Shown: in pieces, positions 53,849 to 64,000 of the stretch | Layout: the number at the start of each line of letters is the position of its first letter | Position numbering within the stretch: the stretch's first letter is position 1 | Source of the DNA: Solirubrobacterales bacterium | GTDB lineage: Bacteria; Actinomycetota; Thermoleophilia; Solirubrobacterales; JACPNS01 | Assembly: GCA_016185345.1 (NCBI GenBank) | Contig: JACPNS010000016.1 | Span: 54,975 to 118,974 of the forward strand | Length of the DNA: 64,000 nt | Direction of reading: 5' to 3' | Made by a program: the position numbers and the translations under genes | The notes under the pieces: generated by a model | Told to the model about the DNA's origin: nothing | Database searches by the model: none | What the model saw: the letters and a program-made list of their open reading frames with translations, nothing else

Positions 53849-54696
53849 CGCGCCGCCAGTTCGTCGATCGAGCCGACGAGATTGGTTTCGGGGATCAGCG
53901 CGCCGTCGGTCACGCGCCCGACGCCCATGATGCGGTCGTGGACTACCAGCCTGATCGCTTCGTCCTCGGCGGCGCCTGCGGCGTCCAGCGTGCGGCCGAA
54001 GATCAGTTCCTGGCCCTCTTCGGCGGTGAGATCGCGGCGCGGCAGGTGCGAGAGAACCTCGAGCGGGTCGAGGATCGCGTCGGGGTCGGCGTCATCCAGC
54101 GAGAGCTCCCCGACCTTGGTGCGCACCAGCTCGGCGCAGTAAGCGTCCTCAAGCGTGCCGACGACGCTGCGGATATAGGTGCCACCTGCGCAGTCGATCT
54201 CAAATACAGCGTTCTCAGAGTCGAGGCCCATTCTTTCGGCACGATAGACGGTCATCTCACGCACCGGGGCCTCGAAATCGTCTCCGCGGCGCGCCTTGGC
54301 GTAGAGCCTCTCCCCTTCGACCTTGATCGCCGAGAGCTTGGGCACAGGCAGCATCAGGGCGCCAGTGGGCAACTCGGGATCGGCAGGCACGCGGCCGGTG
54401 TGGGTCAGCTCTCCGTCGCTGTCGCCGCTGTCGGAGGTCCAACCGAGCCGTGCCGTGGCGCGATAGGTCTTTGGCTGGTGCAGGAGATACCGCTGAAGGC
54501 GCGTGGCGCGCCCGACGAGGACCACGAGCAGTCCGGTGGCAAATGGGTCGAGAGTTCCAGCGTGGCCGGTCTTCACGCGTTTGCCTGCGGCTCGCGAGAG
54601 CTTGCGACGCACGTCAAACACGACGTCGTGCGAGGTCAGGGCCGCAGGCTTGTCGACGAGCACGATTCCGCACTCGATCGAACCGCTCTTTGCCAC
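53845..54696 (-). CDS. truB: tRNA pseudouridine(55) synthase
   Basis: GIVLVDKPAALTSHDVV, GHAGTLDPFATGLLVVLVG (catalytic Asp) and YIRSV. 4-nt overlap with ribF. Confidence 0.9.
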   Translation of the reverse strand: MAKSGSIECGIVLVDKPAALTSHDVVFDVRRKLSRAAGKRVKTGHAGTLDPFATGLLVVLVGRATRLQRYLLHQPKTYRATARLGWTSDSGDSDGELTHTGRVPADPELPTGALMLPVPKLSAIKVEGERLYAKARRGDDFEAPVREMTVYRAERMGLDSENAVFEIDCAGGTYIRSVVGTLEDAYCAELVRTKVGELSLDDADPDAILDPLEVLSHLPRRDLTAEEGQELIFGRTLDAAGAAEDEAIRLVVHDRIMGVGRVTDGALIPETNLVGSIDELAAR

Positions 54697-54715
54697 CGCG
54701 AAGGCCTCGGTCGGT

Positions 54716-55723
54716 TCAGGCAGCCGTGGGCTGCCGGTCGCCGAGCTGTTCGCGAATGCCGCTGCGGATCAGCTCAACGGCCTCGTCGAATGACTTGTCG
54801 GTCGTCGCGCCGGAAGCCTGCTTGTGCCCGCCGCCATTGAACGATCTAGCGATGGCGGAGACGTCGACGCGGTTGTCCGAGGATCGCAGCGAAATCTTCG
54901 CGAGATGCTCGCGACCTTCGCCGGTGAGCTGCCGGTACATCGCTCCGACTGCCGTGCCCTCGATTGCGCGTGCGAAGTCAACGATGCCCTCGGTCCAGGT
55001 TTCTTCGGACTCGGTCTCATCGAAATCGGTTTTGGTCAAGCTCACGATCGAGAGAAGGCCGTCGTCAAAGCGCTTGAGCGTGCTCAGCGCGCGACCGAGC
55101 AATTCGATCTTTCCAGCTGGCTGGTCCTCGTACAGGCGGGTGTATGCGGCGTGAACGTCGACACCTGAGCGCAACAGGTCGGCCGCCATCTCGTGCGACT
55201 CCGGACCGGTGTTCTGATACATGAAGCGGCCAGTGTCCGTCACCAGACCGACGTAGAGCGCGTCGGCGAGAAACGGGTTCAACGGCACGTCAAGTTCCTT
55301 TGCGATCGAGTAGACGATCTCGGCCGTCGACGATCGTTCTCCCTCGACCATGTTGAGTTCGCCGAACGCGGTGTTGTCGTGGTGATGATCGATGTTGATC
55401 AGCGTCTTCCCGCCGTCCTTGAGGAAATCCACGCGCATGCGATCGAAGGAGCCGCAGTCGAGGTAGACGACCGTGCGTTCGGCGAGGTCGTCCGGCTCGG
55501 AGTGAATTGCTCCGTCTTCGGCGAGCAAGTAGCGGTACTCATACGGCAGCGGGAACTCGGTCTCGCGCATGAACATGATGGTGTCCTTGCCGAGCTCCTG
55601 GAGAATCCCGTTCATTGCCACCAGTGAGCCGAGGGCGTCGCCGTCTGGGTTCTCATGCGTCGTAAGAAGGAACTTGTCGTCGCCCTTCAGGCGCCCCAAA
55701 ATCTCAGTCCGATCGCTCATCAA
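54716..55723 (-). CDS. nrnA: DHH/DHHA1 phosphoesterase (NrnA-type oligoribonuclease/pAp phosphatase)
   Basis: LTTHENPDGDALGS, NIDHHHDN and a C-terminal GGGH motif. Conserved position between rbfA and truB. Confidence 0.8.
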   Translation of the reverse strand: MMSDRTEILGRLKGDDKFLLTTHENPDGDALGSLVAMNGILQELGKDTIMFMRETEFPLPYEYRYLLAEDGAIHSEPDDLAERTVVYLDCGSFDRMRVDFLKDGGKTLINIDHHHDNTAFGELNMVEGERSSTAEIVYSIAKELDVPLNPFLADALYVGLVTDTGRFMYQNTGPESHEMAADLLRSGVDVHAAYTRLYEDQPAGKIELLGRALSTLKRFDDGLLSIVSLTKTDFDETESEETWTEGIVDFARAIEGTAVGAMYRQLTGEGREHLAKISLRSSDNRVDVSAIARSFNGGGHKQASGATTDKSFDEAVELIRSGIREQLGDRQPTAA

Positions 55724-56069
55724 AAAACTCTGCTTCCTCGTTGATCAATTCGTTGACGCGTGTAGCGCGGTCAACGCTGTCATCGTTCTCAAAACTCAAT
55801 TTCGGCGTGTACTTCATACGGAGATGATCGGCGATCTCTCCCTGTAATCCAATCCGCAATTCTTCGAGAGATTCGAAGGTTGCGGCGCGTTCTTTCTCTG
55901 AACCAAAGACGCTCACATACACCGTCGCACTGTGCAGGTCAGGCGACGTCTTCACCTCCGTGATCGTCACGAATCCAGCCAATTTGTCGCGTGCGCTGCC
56001 AGCGAGCGCGCTCGAGATGACCTCTCGAACGCCTTCGTTGACGCGCCGCATACGTTCTCCCTGACTCAA
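55704..56069 (-). CDS. rbfA: Ribosome-binding factor A
   Basis: RMRRVNEGVREVISSAL...VTITEVKTSPDLHSATVYVSV; 121 aa, downstream of infB. Confidence 0.9.
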   Translation of the reverse strand: MSQGERMRRVNEGVREVISSALAGSARDKLAGFVTITEVKTSPDLHSATVYVSVFGSEKERAATFESLEELRIGLQGEIADHLRMKYTPKLSFENDDSVDRATRVNELINEEAEFFDERSD

Positions 56070-56087
56070 CCTCGATCAGACCCTTGC

Positions 56088-58370
56088 CTAGACGAGCTCG
56101 CGCTCGACGCTCTTCGTCTCGAAGACCTCGAGCACATCCTCTTCCTTGACGTCGGCGTAGTTCTCTAGAACGACACCGCACTCCATGCCGACGGTGACTT
56201 CCTTGGCGTCGTCGTCGAAGCGGCGAAGCGTGCCGATCTTGCCCTCGTAGACCACTGTGCCGTCACGTACGAGCCGCACCTTCGCGCCTCGCGTGACCTT
56301 GCCGGAATCGACGTGGCAACCAGCAATGGTGCCGATCTTTGATGCCTTGAATGTCTGGCGGACCGTGAGCGAGCCGACCGGAGCCTCGACCTCTTCGGGT
56401 GCGAGAAGGCCCTGCATTGCTGCGCGGAGCTCCTCGATCGCCTTGTAGATGATCGTGTAGCTGCGGATCTCAACTCCTTCACGGTCTGCGATCAGGCGCG
56501 AGTCCCCGACGGGACGCACGTTGAATCCGATCACGATCGCGTCAGAAGCCGACGCGAGCATGACATCGCTCTCGTTGATGCCACCGACGCCGTGGTGAAT
56601 CACATTGACCTTGATCTCGGTCTGCGGGAGCTTCGCAATCTCGTCCTCGAGCGCACCGACAGAACCTGCGACATCGCCCTTGAGGATCAGGTTCAGAGAG
56701 TTGAGCTCGCCATCCTGCGCACGGGCAAAGGCATCCTCGAAGGAGACTTTCAGGCGTGCACGGCGGGCGATCGCTTCGTTCTTCAAGCGGTGCGCGCGGT
56801 CGGCGGCCTGGCTGCGCGCGATGCGGTCAGACTCGACCACGCGGAATGTGTTGCCAGCCTCGGGGGCGCTGTCGAACCCGAGCACCTCGACCGGGGCGCC
56901 TAGCTCCGCAACTTCGATTCGGTGGCCGTTGTAGTCGTTCATTGCGCGTACGCGGCCCCACGTTGAACCAGCGACGATGGCGTCGCCGATATTCAGGCGT
57001 CCGCGTTGGAGCAGCAAGGTTGCAACTGCGCCGCGACCCGGATCGAGCTGGGCCTCGATGACAGTTCCGGAGGCCTCTGAATCGGGATTGCCGGTCAGCT
57101 CTTCGACTTCTGCGACCAGCAGCAGCATGTCGAGAAGGTTCTCGAGGCCCTCCTTTTTCTTGGCCGAGACGTCGCAGAAAATCGTCTCTCCGCCCCAGTC
57201 CTCGGGCTGGAAACCCATGGCTGCGAGCTCGGTGCGAACCTTGGTCGGGTCTGCGCCTTCCTTGTCAATCTTGTTGACGGCGATCACGATCGGTACTCCA
57301 GCGGCCTTCGCGTGATCGATCGCCTCTTCGGTCTGTGGCATCACACCGTCGTCAGCTGCGACGACGATAACGGCCACGTCGGTGACCTTTGCGCCTCGAG
57401 CACGCATGGCGGTGAACGCCTCATGTCCCGGGGTGTCGATGAAGGTGATGAGCTTTTCGCCGCGGTGCACCTGATACGCACCGATGTGCTGGGTGATTCC
57501 ACCGGCCTCGCCGGCGACGACGTCCGCCTCGCGGACCGCGTCAAGAAGCGAGGTCTTGCCGTGGTCGACGTGACCCATGATCGTGACGACGGGCGGTCGT
57601 TCGACGAGATCCGCCGCTTCGTCCTCGGTCAGATCGTCGGGCTCGTCGTTCTCGTCAGACACAGAGCGCAGGTCGAGCTCGCGCTCGAACGACTCAACGA
57701 CCGTCTTGATCATGTCGTCGGAAAGCGTCTGAGTGAGCGATGCCATTTCGCCGAGTTCCATCAACTTCTTGATCACTTCTGCAGATGAAACGCCGAGCGA
57801 CTCTGAAACCTCTTTGACGGTTGCACCCGAGTCGATGCGGACGATCTTGCTGAGCGCCTCTGCTTCGGGATCGTCGACCTTCTCGACCGGCTCCTCGAAC
57901 ACCGGACGACGACGGCGACCACCGCGGGACTTGCGTGCGGGCTGACTCTGCGGAGGACCACCAGGTCCGCGGCGGGCTGCCTGCGAGTCGATGACGACCC
58001 GACGCATCTTTCCGCCTGCGCTTCCGCCGCCCGATGTAGCGCCACCGGGACGATTTGCGCCGCCGGGCGTACCGCTCGGACCGCGGCGCGGCGGCGCATC
58101 GCTTGGACCAGCCGAGAAGCTGCGCTGTTGCGGGCGGGAGCTGCCGGAGCCGTTCGAGCGCTGCTGCTGCGCGGAGGCCGGAGGGCGTCCAGATGCCGCA
58201 CGCGCCCCGACGGGACGATTGACGGCCTTCATCACCCGTTCTGCGACCTCGTCGCTGACGCCGGATGAGGCAGTCTTTACGTCAAGGCCAGCCTTTTGAA
58301 GCAGCGCAAGCATCTCCTTGGAGGAAATGTTCGCCTGCTTGGCCAGTTCGTGTACTCGGACCTTTGCCAT
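56088..58370 (-). CDS. infB: Translation initiation factor IF-2
   Basis: [13 protein letters not shown]-terminus, Pro/Gly/Arg-rich linker, and G domain ([28 protein letters not shown]). Confidence 0.95.
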   Translation of the reverse strand: MAKVRVHELAKQANISSKEMLALLQKAGLDVKTASSGVSDEVAERVMKAVNRPVGARAASGRPPASAQQQRSNGSGSSRPQQRSFSAGPSDAPPRRGPSGTPGGANRPGGATSGGGSAGGKMRRVVIDSQAARRGPGGPPQSQPARKSRGGRRRRPVFEEPVEKVDDPEAEALSKIVRIDSGATVKEVSESLGVSSAEVIKKLMELGEMASLTQTLSDDMIKTVVESFERELDLRSVSDENDEPDDLTEDEAADLVERPPVVTIMGHVDHGKTSLLDAVREADVVAGEAGGITQHIGAYQVHRGEKLITFIDTPGHEAFTAMRARGAKVTDVAVIVVAADDGVMPQTEEAIDHAKAAGVPIVIAVNKIDKEGADPTKVRTELAAMGFQPEDWGGETIFCDVSAKKKEGLENLLDMLLLVAEVEELTGNPDSEASGTVIEAQLDPGRGAVATLLLQRGRLNIGDAIVAGSTWGRVRAMNDYNGHRIEVAELGAPVEVLGFDSAPEAGNTFRVVESDRIARSQAADRAHRLKNEAIARRARLKVSFEDAFARAQDGELNSLNLILKGDVAGSVGALEDEIAKLPQTEIKVNVIHHGVGGINESDVMLASASDAIVIGFNVRPVGDSRLIADREGVEIRSYTIIYKAIEELRAAMQGLLAPEEVEAPVGSLTVRQTFKASKIGTIAGCHVDSGKVTRGAKVRLVRDGTVVYEGKIGTLRRFDDDAKEVTVGMECGVVLENYADVKEEDVLEVFETKSVERELV

Positions 58371-58385
58371 CTACAGACTGCGCCC

Positions 58386-60080
58386 CTATTCCGTGTCTTC
58401 GGGCGAGCCAGTCGCCACGGAGGAGTCGGCGAGAGCGTCACTGTTTTCAAGCAGTTCGGCCTCTGGGGTGTCGGAGTCCTCAACGAACTCGTCGGATGAC
58501 GCGGCTTCGGCCTCGTCAATTGCTTCTTCGAGAGCTTCGTCGGCGATCGGCGCGTCTTCAATCGCCTCAACAATTGCCTCGACCTCGATCTCGCCCTCCT
58601 CGGCGTCGGCGCCGCCGTTGCCCTCTTCCTCGATGGACGTGCCGCCCTCCGGGTCGTAGGTCTCGGGTTCTTCTTCAATTGGTGCCTCCGGGAGCTCGTC
58701 TTCTGTGACGACTTCCTCGAGAGTCTCGTTGTCGGCGTCGGCCTCGGCTTCAGACTCGATCACGGGCTCGGGGCCTTCGCCCTCGTCGGCTGCTTCGATC
58801 GCGTCGGCCATCGAGGGATCGACGTAGTCGGTTTCCTGGTCGAGCAGCGCCTGGTGGGCGTCGAGTCCGCAGTAACGCGAACCGGCCAGCGAGGCATTCG
58901 GGCAGAGGCGCCCATTGGTGAGGATTGCGTGACAGCGGCCAGCGGTCTCGCTTTCGCCTTCTTCTCCGCCTCCAGAGCTTCCGTCGTCATCGACGGCGAA
59001 GTCACTTTCGGAACGGATGTCGATGCGCCAACCGGTCAGGCGGGCAGCCAGGCGCGCATTCTGGCCTTCGCGGCCGATCGCCAACGAGAGCTGGTCGTCG
59101 GGCACGATCACGGTCGCCTGCTGGTTCTCGTCGTCCACGAGCACTTCGCGGACGCGCGCAGGGGCGAGTGCCTTGGCGACAAAGCGCGCGGGCTCCTCGT
59201 TGTATGGAATGATGTCGATCTTCTCGCCGCGCAGCTCAGAGACGACCATGCGCACTCGCGATCCACGCGGTCCGACGCAGGCGCCGACCGGGTCGACGCC
59301 GTCAGCGTGGCTGACAACGGCGATCTTGCTGCGGAAGCCGGGCTCACGGGCGACGTTCTGGATCTCTACGAGGCCGTCTGCGACCTCCGGCACTTCCAGC
59401 TCGAACAGTTTGCGGATCAGCTCCGGGTTGCGGCGTGAGACGACGATGCTCGGGCCCTTGGTCTCGGCAGAGACGTCGGTGATGACGGCCTTGATGCGCG
59501 CGCCGTGCTCGTAGCGCTCGCGCGGGACCTGCTCGCTCTTGGGCAGCAGCGCCTCGACGCGCTCGCGCAGCTGGACCAGCGTGTAACGGTGGTCGGTCTG
59601 CTGGACGATGCCGGTGATCAGCTCGCCCACGCGGTCGTGGTACTCGTCGTACATGATCGTGCGCTCGGCCTCGCGGATGCGCTGGTAGACGACCTGCTTG
59701 GCCGTCTGGGCCGCGATGCGACCAAAATTCTCGGGGGTGACGTCGCGCTCGGGGATCTTGTCGGCGTGCTCGGCCAGCTTCTCGGGAGCAATGTCGGGCT
59801 CCTCGATAATGCGGCGCTCGCCGGTCTCAGGGTCGATCGTCGACTCCTGCTCGTAGACCTCGTCGAGCAGCTCGTCCTCGAGGTCCTCGGGGACCAGGAG
59901 TTCGAACACAAGGAAGTCTCCGCTTTCACGGTCGAGTTCAACACGGGCGTACTTCGCGGAGCCCGGAGATTTCTTGTACGCAGAGAGCAGCGCGTCTTCC
60001 AGCGCGGTCATGAGGGTTTCGGAGTCGATTCCCTTTTCGCGCTCGAGCAGCTTGATTGCGTCGACGATTTCCTGTGACAT
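58386..60080 (-). CDS. nusA: Transcription termination/antitermination factor NusA with ~210-aa acidic C-terminal extension
   Basis: NusA N-domain, S1 and KH1/KH2 (aa 1-~355, ...[23 protein letters not shown]), then a non-canonical tail with a Cys/His motif and an E/D-rich region. Confidence 0.9.
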   Translation of the reverse strand: MSQEIVDAIKLLEREKGIDSETLMTALEDALLSAYKKSPGSAKYARVELDRESGDFLVFELLVPEDLEDELLDEVYEQESTIDPETGERRIIEEPDIAPEKLAEHADKIPERDVTPENFGRIAAQTAKQVVYQRIREAERTIMYDEYHDRVGELITGIVQQTDHRYTLVQLRERVEALLPKSEQVPRERYEHGARIKAVITDVSAETKGPSIVVSRRNPELIRKLFELEVPEVADGLVEIQNVAREPGFRSKIAVVSHADGVDPVGACVGPRGSRVRMVVSELRGEKIDIIPYNEEPARFVAKALAPARVREVLVDDENQQATVIVPDDQLSLAIGREGQNARLAARLTGWRIDIRSESDFAVDDDGSSGGGEEGESETAGRCHAILTNGRLCPNASLAGSRYCGLDAHQALLDQETDYVDPSMADAIEAADEGEGPEPVIESEAEADADNETLEEVVTEDELPEAPIEEEPETYDPEGGTSIEEEGNGGADAEEGEIEVEAIVEAIEDAPIADEALEEAIDEAEAASSDEFVEDSDTPEAELLENSDALADSSVATGSPEDTE

Positions 60081-60131
60081 TTGTGGTGTTGCCTTTTCTC
60101 TATTTAGTTGTGCTGGCTATGGACTGCGTTG

Positions 60132-60545
60132 TTACGGGACCAGATTCGACTTGCTGATGTCTTCGTACGGAAGGGTGACGATTGTCCCGTCAGATCCAAT
60201 CGTGACCCCTGAATCATCCGCAGCAATCAATTCGCCGGTGAAGTTGCGACGTCCTTCGTGGTCGGAGCGCGTGCGGATCTTCGCGCGGCGGCCGACGAAG
60301 CGGCGAAAGTGGTCTGGCTTTGTAAGTGGGCGTTTTGGACCGGGCGATGAAACCTCTAGTCCGTACTCCTCTCGCAACGCCCGGAGTGCGCGGGTGACGC
60401 GTTCACACGTTGCAAGGTCAACTCCGTCTGGATGATCGATGTAGATCCGAACGGTCCCGCCGTTCATCTCACAGAGCAGGAGCTCTACCGTGGGCTCGGC
60501 CCTGGCGAGTTCTTCTTCGATGTCCTTTTGGATTTTGTCGATCAT
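60132..60545 (-). CDS. rimP: Ribosome maturation factor RimP
   Basis: Start set at ATG 60545 (MIDKIQKDIEE...). VRIYIDHPDGVDLATCERVTRAL and SSPG motifs. Lies upstream of nusA. Confidence 0.85.
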   Translation of the reverse strand: MIDKIQKDIEEELARAEPTVELLLCEMNGGTVRIYIDHPDGVDLATCERVTRALRALREEYGLEVSSPGPKRPLTKPDHFRRFVGRRAKIRTRSDHEGRRNFTGELIAADDSGVTIGSDGTIVTLPYEDISKSNLVP

Positions 60546-60696
60546 CAGATGGTCCTCTTGGCAGGCCACCCCAACAAAAAAGTGGGCAGCTGGGCCCACT
60601 TCCAAAAAACGCGGCGAAGTCATAAATCCCATGAGCGAGGGAAATCACACTGCACTCAGGGCATCGCCGTTATCAAGGAGGTACTGCTGCGGGGAA

Positions 60697-61986
60697 TTAT
60701 ACCGGGCGGCGAGTGTCAGCCGCCGATTCCCTTGCAGCGGGGCGAAGCAGTTGCTCGACGCGGTCGAGAATCACGGCAGCAATCTGCACCTTTGTGCCGC
60801 GCGGCGGACGCTCTGGTTCCTCGCCAGCGGTGATCAGCGTGACTTGGTTTGCGTTAACTTCGAACCCGATCGTGGGGTCGGCGATGTCGTTGGCGACGAT
60901 CATGTCGAGGCCCTTGGATTCGAGCTTGCGCCTTGCCTCGGGCAGCAACGCTTCGCCAGCTTCGGCGGCAAAGCCGACGACGACCTGGCCGTCGCGACGC
61001 AGATCCTTCAAGCCTTTCAGCACGTCGTTGGTCGCGACAAGCTCGATCTCGATGCCCTCACGGCCGGCCTTCTTGATCTTGCCCTCGCTCGGTGCGGCGG
61101 GCGTGAAGTCTGCGACGGCCGCGGCCATGATCAGTGCGTCGCTGGTCAGGAAGTTCTCGCGCACCGCCGTTTCGAGTTCGGCGGCGGTTGAGACGTTCAC
61201 GTAGTTGACGGCTGGATTTCGCGGCAGTGAGACGTTCGCGGCGACGACGGTCACCTCTGCCCCACGCGCCGCTGCCTGATCGGCGAGCGCAAAACCCATC
61301 TTGCCCGAAGAGCGGTTTCCGACAAAGCGGACCTCATCGATTGGCTCGCGGGTACCGCCGGCGCTGACCAAAAGCTTCAATCCGTCAAGTGATCGAGGTG
61401 CGTAGTCGGCGGCGCCACTCACCGCGCACTCGACGGCATCAAGAAGTTCTTGAGGCTCGGGCAATCGGCCCACGCCGTACTCGCCCTTCGACGCGAGCTC
61501 GCCAGTGCCAGGGTCGAGGACTGTGATTCCGCGGCGCCGAAGTGTCTCGATGTTCTCGCGCGTTGCCGCGCTGAGATACATATCGTTGTTCATGGCTGGA
61601 GCGACGATCAGCGGCTTGCGACAAGTCAGCGCCAGCGCGGTGACCATGTTGTCCGCCATACCCGCCGCGATCTTGGCGATCGTGTTGGCGCTCGCTGGGG
61701 CGACGAGATAGACGTCACAGTTGGCGACGAGCGCAAGGTGTGCAATCGGATCGTGGGTCGGTCGCTCCTGGTCCTGGAAGACGCCGCCAGCTGGATCGGC
61801 ATCGAACTGGTTTGTCAGAACCGGCGCACCCGTTATGCCCTCGTACGAGGACTTACCGACGAAGTGCTGGCTGTCGGGCGTCTGGACCACGCGCACGACG
61901 TGGTCGGCCTTGATCGCAAGACGCGTGAACTCAAGCGTCTTGTACGCGGCGATTCCGCCGCTGACTCCTAGAAGAATGCGGGCCAT
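60697..61986 (-). CDS. coaBC: Bifunctional phosphopantothenoylcysteine decarboxylase / phosphopantothenate-cysteine ligase
   Basis: ILLGVSGGIAAYK flavoprotein N-domain, PAMN, and C-terminal CoaB (SAGGTREPIDEVRFVGNRSSGKMG). Confidence 0.9.
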   Translation of the reverse strand: MARILLGVSGGIAAYKTLEFTRLAIKADHVVRVVQTPDSQHFVGKSSYEGITGAPVLTNQFDADPAGGVFQDQERPTHDPIAHLALVANCDVYLVAPASANTIAKIAAGMADNMVTALALTCRKPLIVAPAMNNDMYLSAATRENIETLRRRGITVLDPGTGELASKGEYGVGRLPEPQELLDAVECAVSGAADYAPRSLDGLKLLVSAGGTREPIDEVRFVGNRSSGKMGFALADQAAARGAEVTVVAANVSLPRNPAVNYVNVSTAAELETAVRENFLTSDALIMAAAVADFTPAAPSEGKIKKAGREGIEIELVATNDVLKGLKDLRRDGQVVVGFAAEAGEALLPEARRKLESKGLDMIVANDIADPTIGFEVNANQVTLITAGEEPERPPRGTKVQIAAVILDRVEQLLRPAARESAADTRRPV

Positions 61987-62054
61987 CGCTTGATTATCGA
62001 CGCAACCGCGCGATTGGCGCGAGGTTGCAAGTGCCAGTGCGCGCCGGTTGCGGC

Positions 62055-62282
62055 CTAGCGGTACTGGTACTTGAGTTTGTCGGCCTCGATCTCTTCGAGG
62101 GCAATCGTCAAGTAGTTCTTCGAGCGGGTGTCGACCATCGGCGGGACGTACTCGCCGAAGTGACCTTCGCCAAGCCCGTGGTAGTACGAGCTGATCTGGC
62201 GCGCACGCTTTGCGGCAACGATGACCGATGCATACTGCGAGTCGATCTTTTCAAGCAATTTGTCTACGCGCGGTTCAACCAC
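62055..62282 (-). CDS. rpoZ: DNA-directed RNA polymerase subunit omega
   Basis: 75 aa: DKLLEKIDSQYASVIVAAKRARQI. Lies between gmk and coaBC. Confidence 0.9.
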   Translation of the reverse strand: MVEPRVDKLLEKIDSQYASVIVAAKRARQISSYYHGLGEGHFGEYVPPMVDTRSKNYLTIALEEIEADKLKYQYR

Positions 62283-62349
62283 AGGGGCTCCTTCAAAATC
62301 TGGACAGGACGACCGATGGTAGAGGGTCCGCCGGGCGACCCGGCGCTCC

Positions 62350-62919
62350 TCAGGCTGCGGAGATGATCGCGTCGAGCTCGGCTACGGCCTGATCGACGGT
62401 GTCGTTGACCACGACGTGCTCGAACTCGTGCTGCGCGGCGAGCTCTTCTTCGGCGACCTGTAGGCGCCGCTCGATCGCTTCGTCCGAATCTGTGCCGCGG
62501 CCGATCAGGCGTTCGCGCAAAGTTTCTGGCGTCGGCGGGGCGATGAAGATCTGCGTGGCGTCGGGCATCGACTCGCGAACCTGACGCGCGCCCTGAAGCT
62601 CGATCTCGAGCAGCACTCCCCCTTGCTCGGCGTGGCGCTCGAGCTCACTTCGCAAAGTCCCGTACTGGTTGCAGCTGTAGGCGGCGTGCTCCACAAACTC
62701 GCCTGCGGCGACGCGGCGGTCGAACTCTTGCGGCGTGAGGAAGTGGTAGTGCTCGCCGTCGGTTTCTCCCTCGCGAGGAGCGCGCGTGGTCGCCGAAACT
62801 GAGAGGCCCAGACCGGGATGCCGTTCACGCAAAGCACGAATGACGGTGCCTTTGCCGACACCGGAGGGACCTGTGATGACGAAGACGGCCCCGGCTTTTT
62901 CTAACGGCCCTGCGGCCAT
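62350..62919 (-). CDS. gmk: Guanylate kinase
   Basis: ITGPSGVGKGT P-loop, SATTRAPREGETDGEHYHF, IELQGARQV. Confidence 0.9.
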   Translation of the reverse strand: MAAGPLEKAGAVFVITGPSGVGKGTVIRALRERHPGLGLSVSATTRAPREGETDGEHYHFLTPQEFDRRVAAGEFVEHAAYSCNQYGTLRSELERHAEQGGVLLEIELQGARQVRESMPDATQIFIAPPTPETLRERLIGRGTDSDEAIERRLQVAEEELAAQHEFEHVVVNDTVDQAVAELDAIISAA

Positions 62920-62925
62920 CAGCGC

Positions 62926-63306
62926 CTACGGACGACGGAGCGCGTCGATCAGTTCGCCGCGCTGACGCTCGGAGAGACCGATGACTGTCTTGCTCGGAGA
63001 GATGCGGCAACGCTGGAGGATCTTGGTGACCTTTACTCGTCCGTAACGAGGTACGGCGAGCATGATGTCGGCCACCTTTGCCGAGTGCACGCACTCGGGC
63101 GGGTCAGACAGAACGGTCTCGATGCGTACGCGCCCTGCTTTGAGGTCCCGCTTCAGGGTGGCGCGTTCGGTGCGGACGGCGTTGGCGAGTTTTAGGGCGT
63201 CCAAGCGCTGTGACGGCGAGCGGTCCGGAGTCTCCGCCAATGCCTCCGTCGCGGCCTTGGCGGCGGCGATTTCTGACTTGAGAGGCTTGGTGGCGGGTTG
63301 CGGCAT
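62926..63306 (-). CDS. mihF: Actinobacterial integration host factor (mIHF-like)
   Basis: Colinear by eye with mycobacterial mIHF (...RDLKAGRVRIETVL...KVADIMLAVPRYGRVKVTKILQRCRISPSKTVIGLSERQRGELIDAL). Conserved position next to gmk. Confidence 0.8.
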   Translation of the reverse strand: MPQPATKPLKSEIAAAKAATEALAETPDRSPSQRLDALKLANAVRTERATLKRDLKAGRVRIETVLSDPPECVHSAKVADIMLAVPRYGRVKVTKILQRCRISPSKTVIGLSERQRGELIDALRRP

Positions 63307-63368
63307 GGCGGGAATGATAGGCAGGTTTGGACGGGTCTACAACAGGAAATTTCATCATTCACCTCGAC

Positions 63369-64000
63369 CTAAGGTTGAGGTTTACGCGAGTTCACGGTTG
63401 CTTGACCCCCGATGACTCGCCAGGGTTGCCTCACTGAACCCTTTTGGATGGGGGCCGCAGCGCCCGTGACCGGCTCGCGAAGCGAAGCCGAAATGCGGCT
63501 ACCTGCAGCGGGATCGCGAAAGTTTTCTGTGCCAACGGCAACAAGTCTTGCGCCAGCGTCGAGCAAAGCCTGCGCATCGCGCGAATTCTCGACGCCACCC
63601 ATGCCGACCACAGGAATTTTTACGCTCGTGGACACTCGGGCGACCTGGCCGAGCGCAACGGGCTTCACCGCGGGTCCCGAGATGCCCCCACTGCCCGCGC
63701 CGAGCCACGGCTCGCTGCTGCCAGGTGCGAATGCCATGCCGGGCAGCGTGTTGATCAACGAAATCGCATCTGCGCCTGCGCTCTCGGCGGCCATCGCCAC
63801 GAGATCCGGTCGCGACGTTGAAGGCGCGAGTTTGGCGATCATCGGCTTGTCCGAGTGCGCCCTGAGTTGACTCATCATCGCCTCGCACTCGACGGGATCT
63901 GAGCCGACGATGTTGCCGGTCTTGACATTCGGGCAGGAGAAGTTCAGTTCGAGCGCAGCGATCTCGTCGCGGCGATCGAGCGTCTCGAGAATGACGACGA
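63369..64000 (-). CDS. pyrD: Dihydroorotate dehydrogenase (class 1-type), 3' part; continues beyond window
   Basis: The reading frame stays open upstream of the track's Met (...LELNFSCPNVKTGNIVGSDP...KLAP...INTLPGM...GGISGPAVKPVAL...PVVGMGGV). The last complete codon in the window ends at 63998. Confidence 0.85.
   Translation of the reverse strand, partial: VVILETLDRRDEIAALELNFSCPNVKTGNIVGSDPVECEAMMSQLRAHSDKPMIAKLAPSTSRPDLVAMAAESAGADAISLINTLPGMAFAPGSSEPWLGAGSGGISGPAVKPVALGQVARVSTSVKIPVVGMGGVENSRDAQALLDAGARLVAVGTENFRDPAAGSRISASLREPVTGAAAPIQKGSVRQPWRVIGGQATVNSRKPQP

Noticed and set aside
53078-54840. Two overlapping plus-strand ORFs of ~350 aa (53078..54142 and 53803..54840), antisense to ribF, truB and nrnA
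   Set aside because: They span gene boundaries of well-supported minus-strand genes, lack motifs and have shadow-frame composition.

Overview
High-GC (~65%) bacterial chromosome segment with actinobacterial-type gene order, possibly a deep-branching Actinomycetota lineage (inferred from synteny only). No rRNA, tRNA, CRISPR array, transposase or integrase was recognised. From 26.7 to 64 kb the window is an almost unbroken minus-strand housekeeping backbone: pyrD(partial)-mihF-gmk-rpoZ-coaBC-rimP-nusA-infB-rbfA-nrnA-truB-ribF-rpsO-pnp-2xGNAT-M16 peptidase-dapB ... dapA-rnj ... ftsK-HTH-cinA-recA-membrane protein-miaB-miaA-dapF-dapL-hflX-dut. Only two plus-strand insertions break it: an orphan proteasome-beta-like Ntn hydrolase (40303..41079) and a DUF1800-DUF1501-cupredoxin cassette (43762..47059). 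recA carries a 367-aa LAGLIDADG intein, and a LexA-type box lies upstream of it. The left ~26 kb is accessory and regulatory. It holds a katG 3' end, a TetR-controlled oxidoreductase operon with twin palindromic operators, and an OmpR/HK two-component system beside a secreted 12-aa tandem-repeat protein. It also holds an MTHFR-like gene, an internally duplicated TM-GGDEF-TM-GGDEF protein and a ccdA/Tat-multicopper-oxidase/ZIP cluster. Further along are a DUF2975+HTH pair, a second GGDEF protein, a wHTH-cyclase-PadR-2TM/SHOCT operon, an ECF sigma (apparently frameshifted) with its membrane partner and divergent secreted proteins, a lactate-oxidase-like flavoenzyme, and a class II amidotransferase followed by murT-gatD and a translationally coupled cation/proton antiporter. 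The proteasome-like protein, the intein, the cyclase operon and the DUF1800/DUF1501/cupredoxin cassette most deserve follow-up. All functional calls come from reading the translations by eye; no database search was run.
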